The notes under the pieces were generated by a model. It ran no database searches and was not told the DNA's origin. It saw only the letters and a list, made by a program, of their open reading frames with translations. From positions 86,036-150,035 of the forward strand of contig CAYXRT010000001.1 of assembly GCA_964467535.1 (NCBI GenBank): a stretch of 64,000 bases of DNA. The letters are read 5' to 3'. Origin of the DNA: an uncultured Desulfurococcales archaeon (lineage in GTDB: Archaea > Thermoproteota > Thermoprotei_A > Sulfolobales > WANQ01). The position numbers and the translations under genes are program-made. Below, piece after piece: positions 7,947 to 16,940 of this stretch (position 1 is the stretch's first letter; each line of letters begins with the position of its first letter).

Positions 7947-10925
7947 TTACACTTCTATGTATATCAATACTTGTTTATTCTCTATATTCCACTTTCTTGC
8001 ATTTGCAATGGGTTTCTCAGATAACATTATGTCGGATGCCCTCGTTTCTCTTAAGATATAATCTTTAAATTTCTTTATAGCTTCTTTAAGTTCGTTATCA
8101 GGAGTATGTATTACTATTCTATTAACTACCTTATCAAGTGGTAGGTTTAATTCCTTTCTTATTACTTGGATCCTTCTAACTATCTCCCTGGCTAGTCCCT
8201 CAAGTAGTAGCTCTTTATCTATTACGGTATCTAAGAATGCTGGTAGCTCCTTTACATCTAGTTTAACTAAGTTTTCAATTCCTTTTTCCTCTGTTTGGAT
8301 TACTACTTCTTTAATATTTGCATATATTTTGATTATGTTGATGCATCGCCTATAAGCTTCTTCTTCACCTTTGTTTACTATTAGGACTAACTTCTTTAAT
8401 GGCCATCTCCTCTTTATTCCCATGCTTGATCTTACAGTTAGTATTGCTTCTGATACCTTGAGCACATTGGTTACTCTTCTCCATGTATCTTCATCTACTA
8501 GTTCTCTTGGTACTGTTGGCCAGTCTTCTAAGTGTATGCTTTCCTTTGCTTTCTCTCTTAGTAACTTTCGTGTAAATGCTTGGTATATGTATTCTGCTAT
8601 GAAAGGAGCGAATGGAGCTAGTACCTTTAATATACTTGATATTACTATAAACAATGTAGCATAGACTGCTCTTTTACTTGGATCTTCAACTTCTATCCAT
8701 ACTCTTGGTCTTATCAACGTTATGTATCTATGACTAAGTTTTTCAACTATAAAGTCTAGTATAGTTCTTAATGCTATATGTAGATTGTTTAATTCGAGAG
8801 ATTCTTCTACTTTCCTTATTGTTTTATCTAGTTCTGTTATTATCCATTTGTCTACAGGTTCTAAATGTCTTAAGTCTTCCTCAATTCTTTCTGGGGTCCA
8901 TTTGTCTAGCTGCATGTATGTTAGTGCAAAGTTTACGCTGTTCCATAATATATCTAATTGTCTTTTTATGAGAACTATTTCGTCTGGGTCAAAGTTCATA
9001 TTGTCCCATGGCGCTGCTTTTACCGTTAAGTATAGTCTCAGTAAGTCAGCTCCATGCTTCTCCATGAACTCCAATGCCCATATCACGTTCCCTCTACTTT
9101 TACTCATTTTCTTACCATACTTATCTAGCACATGTCCTTGATTTAGCACGGCTTTATATGGTGTTGACCCGTGCCATGCAACTGATGTGAACATTAGTGT
9201 ATAGAACCAACCTCTCGTTTGGTCTACTGCTTCCGTTATCCACGTATATGGGAATAATTCTTTGAACTTATTATCCCATCCATATTGATGCAAGCTTGCC
9301 GTATGGGCAACACCACTATCCATCCATACATCTACTACATATGGTTCCCTCTGCATTAATCCTCCGCATTTGGGGCATTTTATTATTACTTTGTCTATCC
9401 ATGGTCTATGATGGTCTATTACTACTTCTGGATTTAGAGCATGTTTCTTAACCTCTTCCAGGCTACCAAAAGCCATTCTATATTTACATTTACTGCATGT
9501 CCATATCGGCAGTGGGGTACCCCAATATCTTTCACGGCTTATACACCAATCCCTTGCATTTTCAAGCCAATCTCCAAATCTCTTTCTAGCCCATTCTGGA
9601 TACCATGCAACCTTCTTATTTTCTTCAATCATCGCCTTCTTTATGGGCTCAACTCTTATAAACCATTGTCTGTCGGCATAGTATATTAGTGGTGTATCAC
9701 ATCTCCAGCAATGAGGGTATTCGTGCTCATACCATCCAAAATGGGCTACTAATCCTTTAGCATGTAGATCTTTAACTACTTGCTTACTAGCATCTTTAAA
9801 CCATAGTCCAGCATATTTACCTGCAAGTTCTGTAAAGTACCCGTTCTTTGCAAGTGGATTGAATACCCTTATATTGTACTTTCTAGCTTCTTCGAAGTCC
9901 TCTGGTCCATGGGCAGGAGCCATATGAACTATACCTGTACCCTCCTCCATACTAACCCAATCAGCTACGATAACAGCATGCTCATACTTGCCATTATGTT
10001 CTTTATGGGCTGGTACTTCATCTAATAGCGGATGTATGTACTTTTTACCTAGGAGATCTCTTCCTCTATATCTAGCTACAACCTCATATGAAGCTATATT
10101 TATCTCCTTGAATACTGATTCAAGTCTCTTTTCAGCTATTATCCAGTATTCATTTCCGACTTTAACTTTAACATAATATTCATCGGGATGGACGGCTAAT
10201 GCTTCATTAGCTATTATCGTCCATGGAGTTGTAGTCCATGCAACCATGTACGTATTCTCTTCATCTATTAATTTTAACTTAAAGTAGAGGCTGGGATCCT
10301 TAACAACCATAGAGCCTAATGCAACTTCATGACTGCTTAATGCTGTTTCACATCTAGGACATATTGGTATAACCCTTAAATCTTCATATAATAGTCCTTT
10401 ATCCCACATAGTCTTAAGGAAAGTCCATGCTGAGTCTAAGTATCTTGGATCTCTCGTCTCATATGCATGATCATAGTCTAGCCACAATCCTAGTCTTTCA
10501 CTAGCCTTTCTCCAATGATCTATGTAATAGTCTACAAGCTTTTGGCATTCCATTATGAATTTATTGACGCCATACTTTTCTATGTCCTTTTTAGTCTTAA
10601 ATCCTAGATTTCTTTCAACTTCTATTTCTACTGGTAGTCCTTGTGTATCCCATCCCGCTTGATCCCATACTCTAAATCCTTTCATTCTTTTATATCTTAG
10701 CATTATGTCTTTGAATGTCCTTCCTCTTGCATGACCTACATGCATAAATCCATTAGCTGTTGGTGGTCCTTCTAGAAATGCGAATAGTGGTTTATTTGGA
10801 TCTGAAGCTTTTTCTTTAACCTTCATGTATATATTGTTCTTATTCCAGAATTCTATTACCCACTCCTCAACATTTAATGGATTGTATCTACCCTTTATGC
10901 TAGGTGATACAGATAATGATATCAC
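7947..10925 (-). CDS. ileS: Isoleucyl-tRNA synthetase
   Basis: 992 aa. HIGH-type motif PPTANGFMHVGH, GWDTQGLPVE (IleRS-type), KMSKS (KMSKSRGN) and zinc-knuckle Cys pairs (CPRCETAL, CWRCDTPL). Confidence 0.85.
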   Translation of the reverse strand: MISLSVSPSIKGRYNPLNVEEWVIEFWNKNNIYMKVKEKASDPNKPLFAFLEGPPTANGFMHVGHARGRTFKDIMLRYKRMKGFRVWDQAGWDTQGLPVEIEVERNLGFKTKKDIEKYGVNKFIMECQKLVDYYIDHWRKASERLGLWLDYDHAYETRDPRYLDSAWTFLKTMWDKGLLYEDLRVIPICPRCETALSSHEVALGSMVVKDPSLYFKLKLIDEENTYMVAWTTTPWTIIANEALAVHPDEYYVKVKVGNEYWIIAEKRLESVFKEINIASYEVVARYRGRDLLGKKYIHPLLDEVPAHKEHNGKYEHAVIVADWVSMEEGTGIVHMAPAHGPEDFEEARKYNIRVFNPLAKNGYFTELAGKYAGLWFKDASKQVVKDLHAKGLVAHFGWYEHEYPHCWRCDTPLIYYADRQWFIRVEPIKKAMIEENKKVAWYPEWARKRFGDWLENARDWCISRERYWGTPLPIWTCSKCKYRMAFGSLEEVKKHALNPEVVIDHHRPWIDKVIIKCPKCGGLMQREPYVVDVWMDSGVAHTASLHQYGWDNKFKELFPYTWITEAVDQTRGWFYTLMFTSVAWHGSTPYKAVLNQGHVLDKYGKKMSKSRGNVIWALEFMEKHGADLLRLYLTVKAAPWDNMNFDPDEIVLIKRQLDILWNSVNFALTYMQLDKWTPERIEEDLRHLEPVDKWIITELDKTIRKVEESLELNNLHIALRTILDFIVEKLSHRYITLIRPRVWIEVEDPSKRAVYATLFIVISSILKVLAPFAPFIAEYIYQAFTRKLLREKAKESIHLEDWPTVPRELVDEDTWRRVTNVLKVSEAILTVRSSMGIKRRWPLKKLVLIVNKGEEEAYRRCINIIKIYANIKEVVIQTEEKGIENLVKLDVKELPAFLDTVIDKELLLEGLAREIVRRIQVIRKELNLPLDKVVNRIVIHTPDNELKEAIKKFKDYILRETRASDIMLSEKPIANARKWNIENKQVLIYIEV

Positions 10926-11001
10926 CTTGAAAACATACTATTAGAACAGGCTTATAAGTATTTATCTAAATAGCTATTGATGCGTAACAGGGGTGAGGTA
11001 A

Positions 11002-11832
11002 TTGACATTAACATTTGTTGGCATGGGTCCATGGTTTGGAGCATTAACTTTGGAAGCCCTAGATGCCATTAGTAATGCTGATACTGTCTATATAGAATTA
11101 TATACAAATATAACACCAGGATTAAGCTACGAGAGATTAAAGAGAATTACTAAAGGTAATATAAAATTTGTTACTCGTAAGGAGCTTGAGGAAGAAGAGG
11201 GTAGACATATTATTGAAGAAGCTAAACATAAGAATGTAGTATTGTTGATTGGTGGTGATCCATTTATAGCTACAACACATGTAACTCTTAGAATTGAAGC
11301 ATTGAAGAATGGCATAGATGTCAGAGTTGTTCATGGGGTTTCAGGAGTTTATTGTTGTATAAGTATTAGCGGCTTACAAGTCTATAAATTTGGAAAAATG
11401 GTAACACTTGTCTATCCAGAGAAATATTACGTTCCTTATACAACATACTATGTTATTAAAGAGAATTATGAGAGAGGACTTCATACTCTAGTTTTACTTG
11501 ACATAAAGTTTGATGAAGGACATGCAATGAGGGTTAATGAAGCAGTGTCGATATTGATGGACATAGAGAAAAAGGTTTGTAAAGAGGAGAAATCAAGACC
11601 ATTTCTTGAGAAAGTTATAGGACTTGCTATTGCTAGAGCTGGTACTCCTGAAGTGTATCTTAAAGCTGATCTTCTACCAAATCTAGCTAATTATAATTAT
11701 CCTCCTCCACCTCATAGCTTAATAATAGTTTCAAAACCTCATCCCTTAGAGCTTGAAGCATTAATGTATTTTGCGGGATTACCTAAGCATATAGTTGAGG
11801 AGAGGAAGAGAACCCGTGAATCCATTAATTAA
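11002..11832 (+). CDS. dphB: Diphthine synthase (tetrapyrrole-methylase fold)
   Basis: LTFVGMGPW...ALDAISNADTVYIELYT and LIGGDPFIATTH are typical of archaeal Dph5/DphB. Confidence 0.85.
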   Translation: MTLTFVGMGPWFGALTLEALDAISNADTVYIELYTNITPGLSYERLKRITKGNIKFVTRKELEEEEGRHIIEEAKHKNVVLLIGGDPFIATTHVTLRIEALKNGIDVRVVHGVSGVYCCISISGLQVYKFGKMVTLVYPEKYYVPYTTYYVIKENYERGLHTLVLLDIKFDEGHAMRVNEAVSILMDIEKKVCKEEKSRPFLEKVIGLAIARAGTPEVYLKADLLPNLANYNYPPPPHSLIIVSKPHPLELEALMYFAGLPKHIVEERKRTRESIN

Positions 11833-12955
11833 TACGTTAAAGTTAAAGGAGAAGGTGAGAAAAGAACTCCTTAAAAGTATGGATCGAGCTAGTATCAGTA
11901 AAGCTTTAGGCGATTATCATGCTCAAAGAGCACCTAGACCATGTGGTATAACTATTCATACAGGTATTGGATGCGATTTTGGATGTATATATTGCTATAT
12001 ACCTGATATGGGGTTTCCTAGAACAATATCTCCTTATCCTCTTAATGGGGCCGAACTTGTATTAGCATTATCAACAAACCCATATGTATTTCCTGGACCT
12101 ATAGGTACTCTTGCTGCTTTCGGATCTGTAACAGAACCCCTTCATAAGAAGACCATAGAAAAGACCTTAGAATACCTTGAATATATAAGCAAGTACCTGA
12201 AATTACCAGTACAGATGTCAACTAAAGCTGTTGTTAATGAAGAAATCATTGATAAGATTAAGGAAATAGAACCTGATATAAGTACCCTAATTACGATAAT
12301 TACCCTAAATAAAAGTAAAATTCTTGAACCAGGAGCTCCTCCACCTATGGATAGATTTGAATTTATGAAAACGTTATCGAACCATGGTGTTCATGTTGTC
12401 CTGTTCTTGAGACCAATAATTCCGGGGGTAACAGATAGAGAAGTAGAAAAAATAATTAAATTAGCTGCTGATTATGGCGCCCAGGGCATTGTTCCTGGGA
12501 CATTAAGAGTAACTTATTCAATGATTAATAGATTAAGAAAAGCAGGAATAAATATTTCAACAATAACTTCATTAATGCCCTATAAGCCTAAAAAGAGCTA
12601 TGAGCAAGTTCCCTTAAAAGGTGGTAAATTCAAAGAATTAGCAATTAAAATTGCTAGGGATTACTCACTTAAAGTTTATCCATCAGCATGTGCAGCTAAT
12701 ATTGATGCTCATAAACAGGCATGTTATGCTTGTAGTAAAGGTCCTTGTGGTAACTTATGCTATCACGTTAACATTGAAGAAAATCATCTACTTGAAGTAC
12801 TAGAATACTTCAATATTAAAGGTAATGTAGTGAGAATTGCTGCAAATAAGGTTGAACTAAGAATTACTAGTAAAATAACTGACCATATAGTTAATTTATT
12901 AAAGAACTTAATTTTCTGGTGTACTAGAAGAAGACCAATTATACATCTTAGGTAG
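11795..12955 (+). CDS. Radical SAM protein (SplB/DNA-photolyase-like subgroup)
   Basis: CDFGCIYCY matches the CxxxCxxC cluster motif. The 5' end overlaps dphB, so the true start may be the internal Met (MDRASIS...). Confidence 0.7.
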   Translation: MRRGREPVNPLINTLKLKEKVRKELLKSMDRASISKALGDYHAQRAPRPCGITIHTGIGCDFGCIYCYIPDMGFPRTISPYPLNGAELVLALSTNPYVFPGPIGTLAAFGSVTEPLHKKTIEKTLEYLEYISKYLKLPVQMSTKAVVNEEIIDKIKEIEPDISTLITIITLNKSKILEPGAPPPMDRFEFMKTLSNHGVHVVLFLRPIIPGVTDREVEKIIKLAADYGAQGIVPGTLRVTYSMINRLRKAGINISTITSLMPYKPKKSYEQVPLKGGKFKELAIKIARDYSLKVYPSACAANIDAHKQACYACSKGPCGNLCYHVNIEENHLLEVLEYFNIKGNVVRIAANKVELRITSKITDHIVNLLKNLIFWCTRRRPIIHLR

Positions 12956-14176
12956 CTCTCGTAACCTACATGGAGGCTTTATGAACTTTATCTCTGGTAT
13001 AGGCGTCCTTCTCAAGTTTATTGACCTGGCATTCTCTATGAGGATGTCAAGAATTTTTAAGTTTAACTTAGCTTCTTCTGTCCTGACCTTTTCTGGATCT
13101 GCTCTTGTCGTCGGCTTTGTTGAAACTGCTGCACAGTATTCTTGAAGCTTTGCAGATTCCTCATAAGTTCCTATAAACCTTGCCATTTTTACTATCTCAT
13201 CCTTATCTAAACCAATAAGTGGTCGAAATATAGGTATCTTTATGGGTTCTTCAGCAACTGCTATATTCCTTAGGGTTTGTGATGATACTTGACCAAGTGA
13301 TTCGCCTGTTACTAATGCTTCAGCTCCTACTTTCAACGCTACTTTTTCAGCTACCCTAAACATTATTCTTCTCAGCATAACGTTCCAAAGCTCTTCACTT
13401 ACATTACTCATAATGTCTGCTACAACCGGTCTAAAATCTACAATATATAGCATGGGTTCATAGCCATAACTCCAGTAGTCAGCCAAGATTTTTGCAACTC
13501 TTATTACTCCCTTCTCATGTTCTTCACCACCTAAGTTGAAGAATACGTAGTGTACAATAGCTCCACGTTTAAGCATATACCATGATGCAACTGCTGAGTC
13601 AAATCCTCCCGATATTAATGAGAGAACAGTTCCTTCGCTACCTATAGGCAATCCTCCAGGGCCTTTAATTATCTTATCAAAGAAGTATACCTTGCTATAC
13701 CTAACCTCTACGTAGACTACTACCTCAGGATTTTCTAAATTAACTTTCTTAGCGCCATGATCAAGTAGTGCTTTGCCTAAAGCTTTTTCTATATCCTTGC
13801 TTGTAAAGTCGTGTTCTCCTGCTCTTCGCGCTCTAACCATAAACTCCTTACCTTTTACAGTATCGCTATATAGTTCAACACCATACTGGACTATATCGTC
13901 AAGGGTATTGAAGCGTCTTTCGATCACTGGCGAAAGGGATACTATACCAAATACTCTGCTCAATACCTCTAAGGCCTTATCTATATGTTCATCAGGTATT
14001 TTCACGAATATTCTAGCATCACTTGACCATACCCTACGTGTGCTTATATCAATGCTTTTAAGAGCATCGATAATGTTATTTATAAGTAGCCTTTCCATGC
14101 GAGGTCTAGTTCTATGACTCTTTAATGCTATTTCCCCATATCTAACTAATATTAATCCCATTTCTAGTACCTTCAA
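12908..14176 (-). CDS. thiI: tRNA 4-thiouridine synthase ThiI (THUMP plus PP-loop ATPase)
   Basis: N-terminus ILVRYGEIALKSHRTRPRMERLL (ferredoxin-like/THUMP) and PP-loop SGGFDSAVASW. Confidence 0.85.
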   Translation of the reverse strand: MKVLEMGLILVRYGEIALKSHRTRPRMERLLINNIIDALKSIDISTRRVWSSDARIFVKIPDEHIDKALEVLSRVFGIVSLSPVIERRFNTLDDIVQYGVELYSDTVKGKEFMVRARRAGEHDFTSKDIEKALGKALLDHGAKKVNLENPEVVVYVEVRYSKVYFFDKIIKGPGGLPIGSEGTVLSLISGGFDSAVASWYMLKRGAIVHYVFFNLGGEEHEKGVIRVAKILADYWSYGYEPMLYIVDFRPVVADIMSNVSEELWNVMLRRIMFRVAEKVALKVGAEALVTGESLGQVSSQTLRNIAVAEEPIKIPIFRPLIGLDKDEIVKMARFIGTYEESAKLQEYCAAVSTKPTTRADPEKVRTEEAKLNLKILDILIENARSINLRRTPIPEIKFIKPPCRLRELPKMYNWSSSSTPEN

Positions 14177-14271
14177 TGTAAAGATTTGCTCCTGAACTTA
14201 TAAGTTAAGTTACCTCTAATATAACATCGATTACCCTAGAGTCAGTGACTGTTCTCGTGTAAAGGTTTTTA

Positions 14272-14297
14272 TAGGTCTATGTAGGTCTTGTAGGTCT
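14272..14297 (+). repeat. Three direct TAGGTCT heptamers (14272-14278, 14282-14288, 14291-14297), a candidate subterminal recombinase-binding array at the IS left end
   Basis: Read directly: aTAGGTCTatgTAGGTCTtgTAGGTCTttt, about 20 bp upstream of the tnpA start. The reverse-complement heptamer is present at the right end. Confidence 0.5.
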
Positions 14298-14317
14298 TTT
14301 TATTCTGGAGATGGTCT

Positions 14318-14950
14318 GTGGAGCGTCATTATAGTACTCGGGAAGTTTGTGAGATTCTGGGGATTGCTAATCGTACTCTTCGTAGGTGGATTAAGGAAGG
14401 TAAGATAAGAGCAGTTAATATTGGTGGTAGGTAGAGAATACCAGAAAGCGAGATTAAACGTCTTCTTGGACAACCCGTAGAGCAGATAACAGTTCCTAAA
14501 GTAGCTCGTGTTGTTATCTATGCTCGTGTAAGTGGAGCTAATCAGAAGAAAGAGTTAGAGAATCAAGTAGAAGCACTAAAGGAATATGTAGAGCAAAACA
14601 ACTGGAAGTTAGTAGGAGTAGTCAAGGATATTGCTAGTGGTCTTAAAGAGGATAGAAGAGGATTATGGAAACTTATAGAAATGGCTAAGAAACATGAGTT
14701 CGATGTACTACTAGTGGCTTATAGAGATAGATTAACAAGGTTTGGATTCAAATACCTTGAAGAACTATTCAAGGCTTATGGAGTAAAAGTCATAGTAACT
14801 TTCCAAGAACCGGCTAAGGACTTCTACCAAGAACTGGTTGAGGATTTGATAGAAATAGTGACTTCATTTGCTTCGAGAATCTATGGTAAGCGTAGCCATA
14901 AGTACAGGAAGGTGGTGGAAGCAGTTGAACAAACAATTAAAGACCCTTGA
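14318..14950 (+). pseudogene. tnpA: IS607-type serine recombinase TnpA (MerR-like HTH plus resolvase catalytic domain) with an in-frame TAG at 14432-14434
   Basis: GTG start. HTH region YSTREVCEILGIANRTLRRWIKEGKIRAVNIGGR*RIP, then the catalytic region VVIYARVSGANQK...DVLLVAYRDRLTRFG. The stop replaces the residue expected in GG(R/H)(W/R)RIP. Confidence 0.8.
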
Positions 14951-16913
14951 AAGAACAGTAGTATTAACATCACTACCATTAACTAAGGCTAAGGTTGAGG
15001 TACTTAGTCATGTCTATCAAGTCTACGGTAGAATCCTTACTGAAGCACTAGAATACATGTGGAACAATAATATTACTTCATGGGTTAAAGCTAAGAAAAC
15101 GTTGTATAAGAGGTTTAGGAAGAAGTATCCCGATATCCCTTCACACTATATACATGAAGCTATTCGTGATGCCTCTCAGAGAATCAAGAGCTTCAGGAAG
15201 CTCAAGAAAAAGGGATTAGCTGAAACCGAGAAACCAGTAATTAGGAGATGGAGTGTTGGATGTGACAACCAGTTATGGAAGTTATCATTTGAGGGAGTAA
15301 GAATAGCTACTCATGAGGGATGGGTAAACGTATCATTACAGTTCCATAAACTGTTCTGGAGATACTATAATAGAGGATGGACTCTTAGAAGCTCTGCTAG
15401 ATGGAAACTCATAGGAAGTAAATTATACCTCTATGTAGTATTCATGAGGAATATAGAGGTTAGGAGCTATGCTCAACTAGAATCTATGGTATTGATATTA
15501 ACGAAAATAATGTAACAATATATTGTTATCCTGAAAATAAAGCAATAACTATAGTTACCAACTTATCAAAGATAGTGCTTGGGTACGCTTATAGAAGAGC
15601 AAGGATACAGCAGAAATGGAGTAAACTATTTGGCGCTAAAGATAATAGGAGACTTAAAATAGCGTTGAGGAAACTTAGAGAGAGGAATGTTAAAAGAGAT
15701 ATTAAGCAGAAACTTGCTAGACTTATTACTGATATTCTTAAAGATGGTGTAGTTGTTCTTGAAAAACTACCTAAGAAATTCCAAGACAAGGTTCTTGAAG
15801 AAAGTAGGAAAATAAATGGACTCGACGCTCATAGGTTAAAGCAGTCAAGCATACGAGGAATACTTAAGTTGATAACTGAAAAACTAGAGGAACATAGCAT
15901 TCCCTATGTCTTAATTAATCCTTCTCATACTTCCTCTACATGTCCTATTTGCGGTTCCAGACTCGTTCCGATGACGAGTTAATGGGGGAGGATAGTATGC
16001 ATAACACGTTATATATTACTGATAAAAGAGCTATGGAAGCATTCGGTTATATTGTTGGAGCTGTATTGGGAGATGGTACAGTTTGGAGAAGAAATAGAGG
16101 AGATATTGATGTATATTTATATAATCAGAATATCGGATTAATAACTGAGTTTTGTAAATGCGCACATACATTAAGGTTAAAGTATAGGATAAAAGAAGTT
16201 ATTCGCACTCTGAAACATCCAGAAAGAGAAACATTGCGACTAGTTAAATATTACATGGTTATTACGTACTCTTCACCTATAGGAGAAATAATAGCAAAGT
16301 ATAAACAAGCACCATACAAATGGAGAGTCCCTAGGGAGTTTATTAATAATAAAAGCTACCGCAGGGGTTTTCTAAGAGGTTTAATTGATACAGAGGGGTG
16401 TATATCTATAATTTATAGGCGAAATAGAAAGCCACTTATTAAATTCGTCATAGTTATATCATCATGCTACAACGCACTAGCGGAGCTCAAGAATTATTTA
16501 GAACTTAAGGATAACATAAGGCTTCATTTAAATTACAATAATAGTAAGAAAAATACTTACGCTTTGTATACTTATGATAGACAAGAAATCTTAAAAATTA
16601 CTTCCCTAATAAAGTATCTTGCTCACACAAGAAAAAGTAAGAAATTTACAAAAGTACTTGAGGTTCTTTGAATAGTTGTGCCCAGAGGAATGGTTGGAAA
16701 CCAAGGATAATGACATGTTCTAGATGTGGATTCACGCATGATAGGGATGTCGTGGGGGCTATGAATCTAGTTAGAAAGTACCTCCTAGATGTGGGGGGTT
16801 ATGCCGTCTACTCCCCGAAGGGTGCCCATGACCACCATGTAGAGTGGCTCGTAGCCACAATGAAGCATGAAGTTGAGGCTCAACCCGCCCTAGCGAGACC
16901 TATAATGACTTAG
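14868..16913 (+). pseudogene. tnpB: TnpB (IS605/IS607 OrfB, RuvC-like RNA-guided nuclease family) with a frameshift near 15464-15490 and a 697-bp insertion at 15981-16677
   Basis: Three frame segments: 14868-15515, 15464-15982 and 16678-16913. RuvC-I IYGIDINENN, RuvC-II VVVLEKL, zinc finger CPICG...CSRCG and RuvC-III HDRDVVGAMN are all recognisable. Confidence 0.8.
15997..16671 (+). CDS. LAGLIDADG homing endonuclease (double-motif, monomeric type), free-standing ORF nested inside tnpB
   Basis: The two LAGLIDADG motifs are FGYIVGAVLGDGTV and GFLRGLIDTEGCI. GGAGG lies 6 nt upstream of ATG 15997. The ORF is uninterrupted to TGA at 16669-16671. The ORF-track start at 15940 lies in tnpB sequence and is probably not used. 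Confidence 0.8.
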   Translation: MHNTLYITDKRAMEAFGYIVGAVLGDGTVWRRNRGDIDVYLYNQNIGLITEFCKCAHTLRLKYRIKEVIRTLKHPERETLRLVKYYMVITYSSPIGEIIAKYKQAPYKWRVPREFINNKSYRRGFLRGLIDTEGCISIIYRRNRKPLIKFVIVISSCYNALAELKNYLELKDNIRLHLNYNNSKKNTYALYTYDRQEILKITSLIKYLAHTRKSKKFTKVLEVL

Positions 16914-16930
16914 GACGGGAAACGGTCATA
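16790..16930 (+). ncRNA. Candidate TnpB-associated right-end guide RNA (omega/reRNA) scaffold
   Basis: A markedly GC-rich stretch in an AT-rich genome overlapping the tnpB 3' end. Hairpins are GTGGCT-cgt-AGCCAC (16844-16858) and GTTGA-ggc-TCAAC (16872-16884). The position matches where omega RNAs are encoded in TnpB elements. Confidence 0.3.
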
Positions 16931-16940
16931 AAAGTATAAA

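Larger units (their letters stand above)
14265..16925 (+). mobile_element. Decayed IS607-family insertion sequence (tnpA serine recombinase plus tnpB), itself carrying a nested LAGLIDADG endonuclease gene. Ends are approximate.
   Basis: Overlapping tnpA/tnpB gene pair typical of IS607. Three TAGGTCT direct repeats sit at the left end and the inverted copy AGACCTA (16896-16902) at the right end. The element occupies the thiI/cysS divergent intergenic region. Confidence 0.75.

Noticed and set aside
12908-12955. 48-bp convergent overlap of the radical-SAM gene and thiI as a regulatory antisense arrangement
   Set aside because: Both C-terminal tails are non-conserved-looking extensions. The overlap is most simply late stop codons in AT-rich sequence, and nothing in the sequence indicates function.
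14432-14434. In-frame TAG in tnpA as pyrrolysine or programmed readthrough
   Set aside because: Nothing in this window suggests Pyl machinery. The codon sits where Trp/Arg is expected (TGG to TAG is a single transition), and the partner gene tnpB is also damaged. Simple pseudogenisation is more parsimonious.
15961-16700. The LAGLIDADG insertion in tnpB as an intein or as an archaeal BHB / group I intron
   Set aside because: The endonuclease ORF is in a different frame from both tnpB flanks and has its own stop and RBS, so it is not an intein. All five splice registers allowed by the AGTT repeat fail to give a 4-bp central helix with 3-nt bulges. Only 22 nt of the insert are non-coding, leaving no room for a ribozyme core. 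The hairpin ACTCGT-tccgatg-ACGAGT (15961-15979) lies in tnpB exon sequence and is not part of a BHB.
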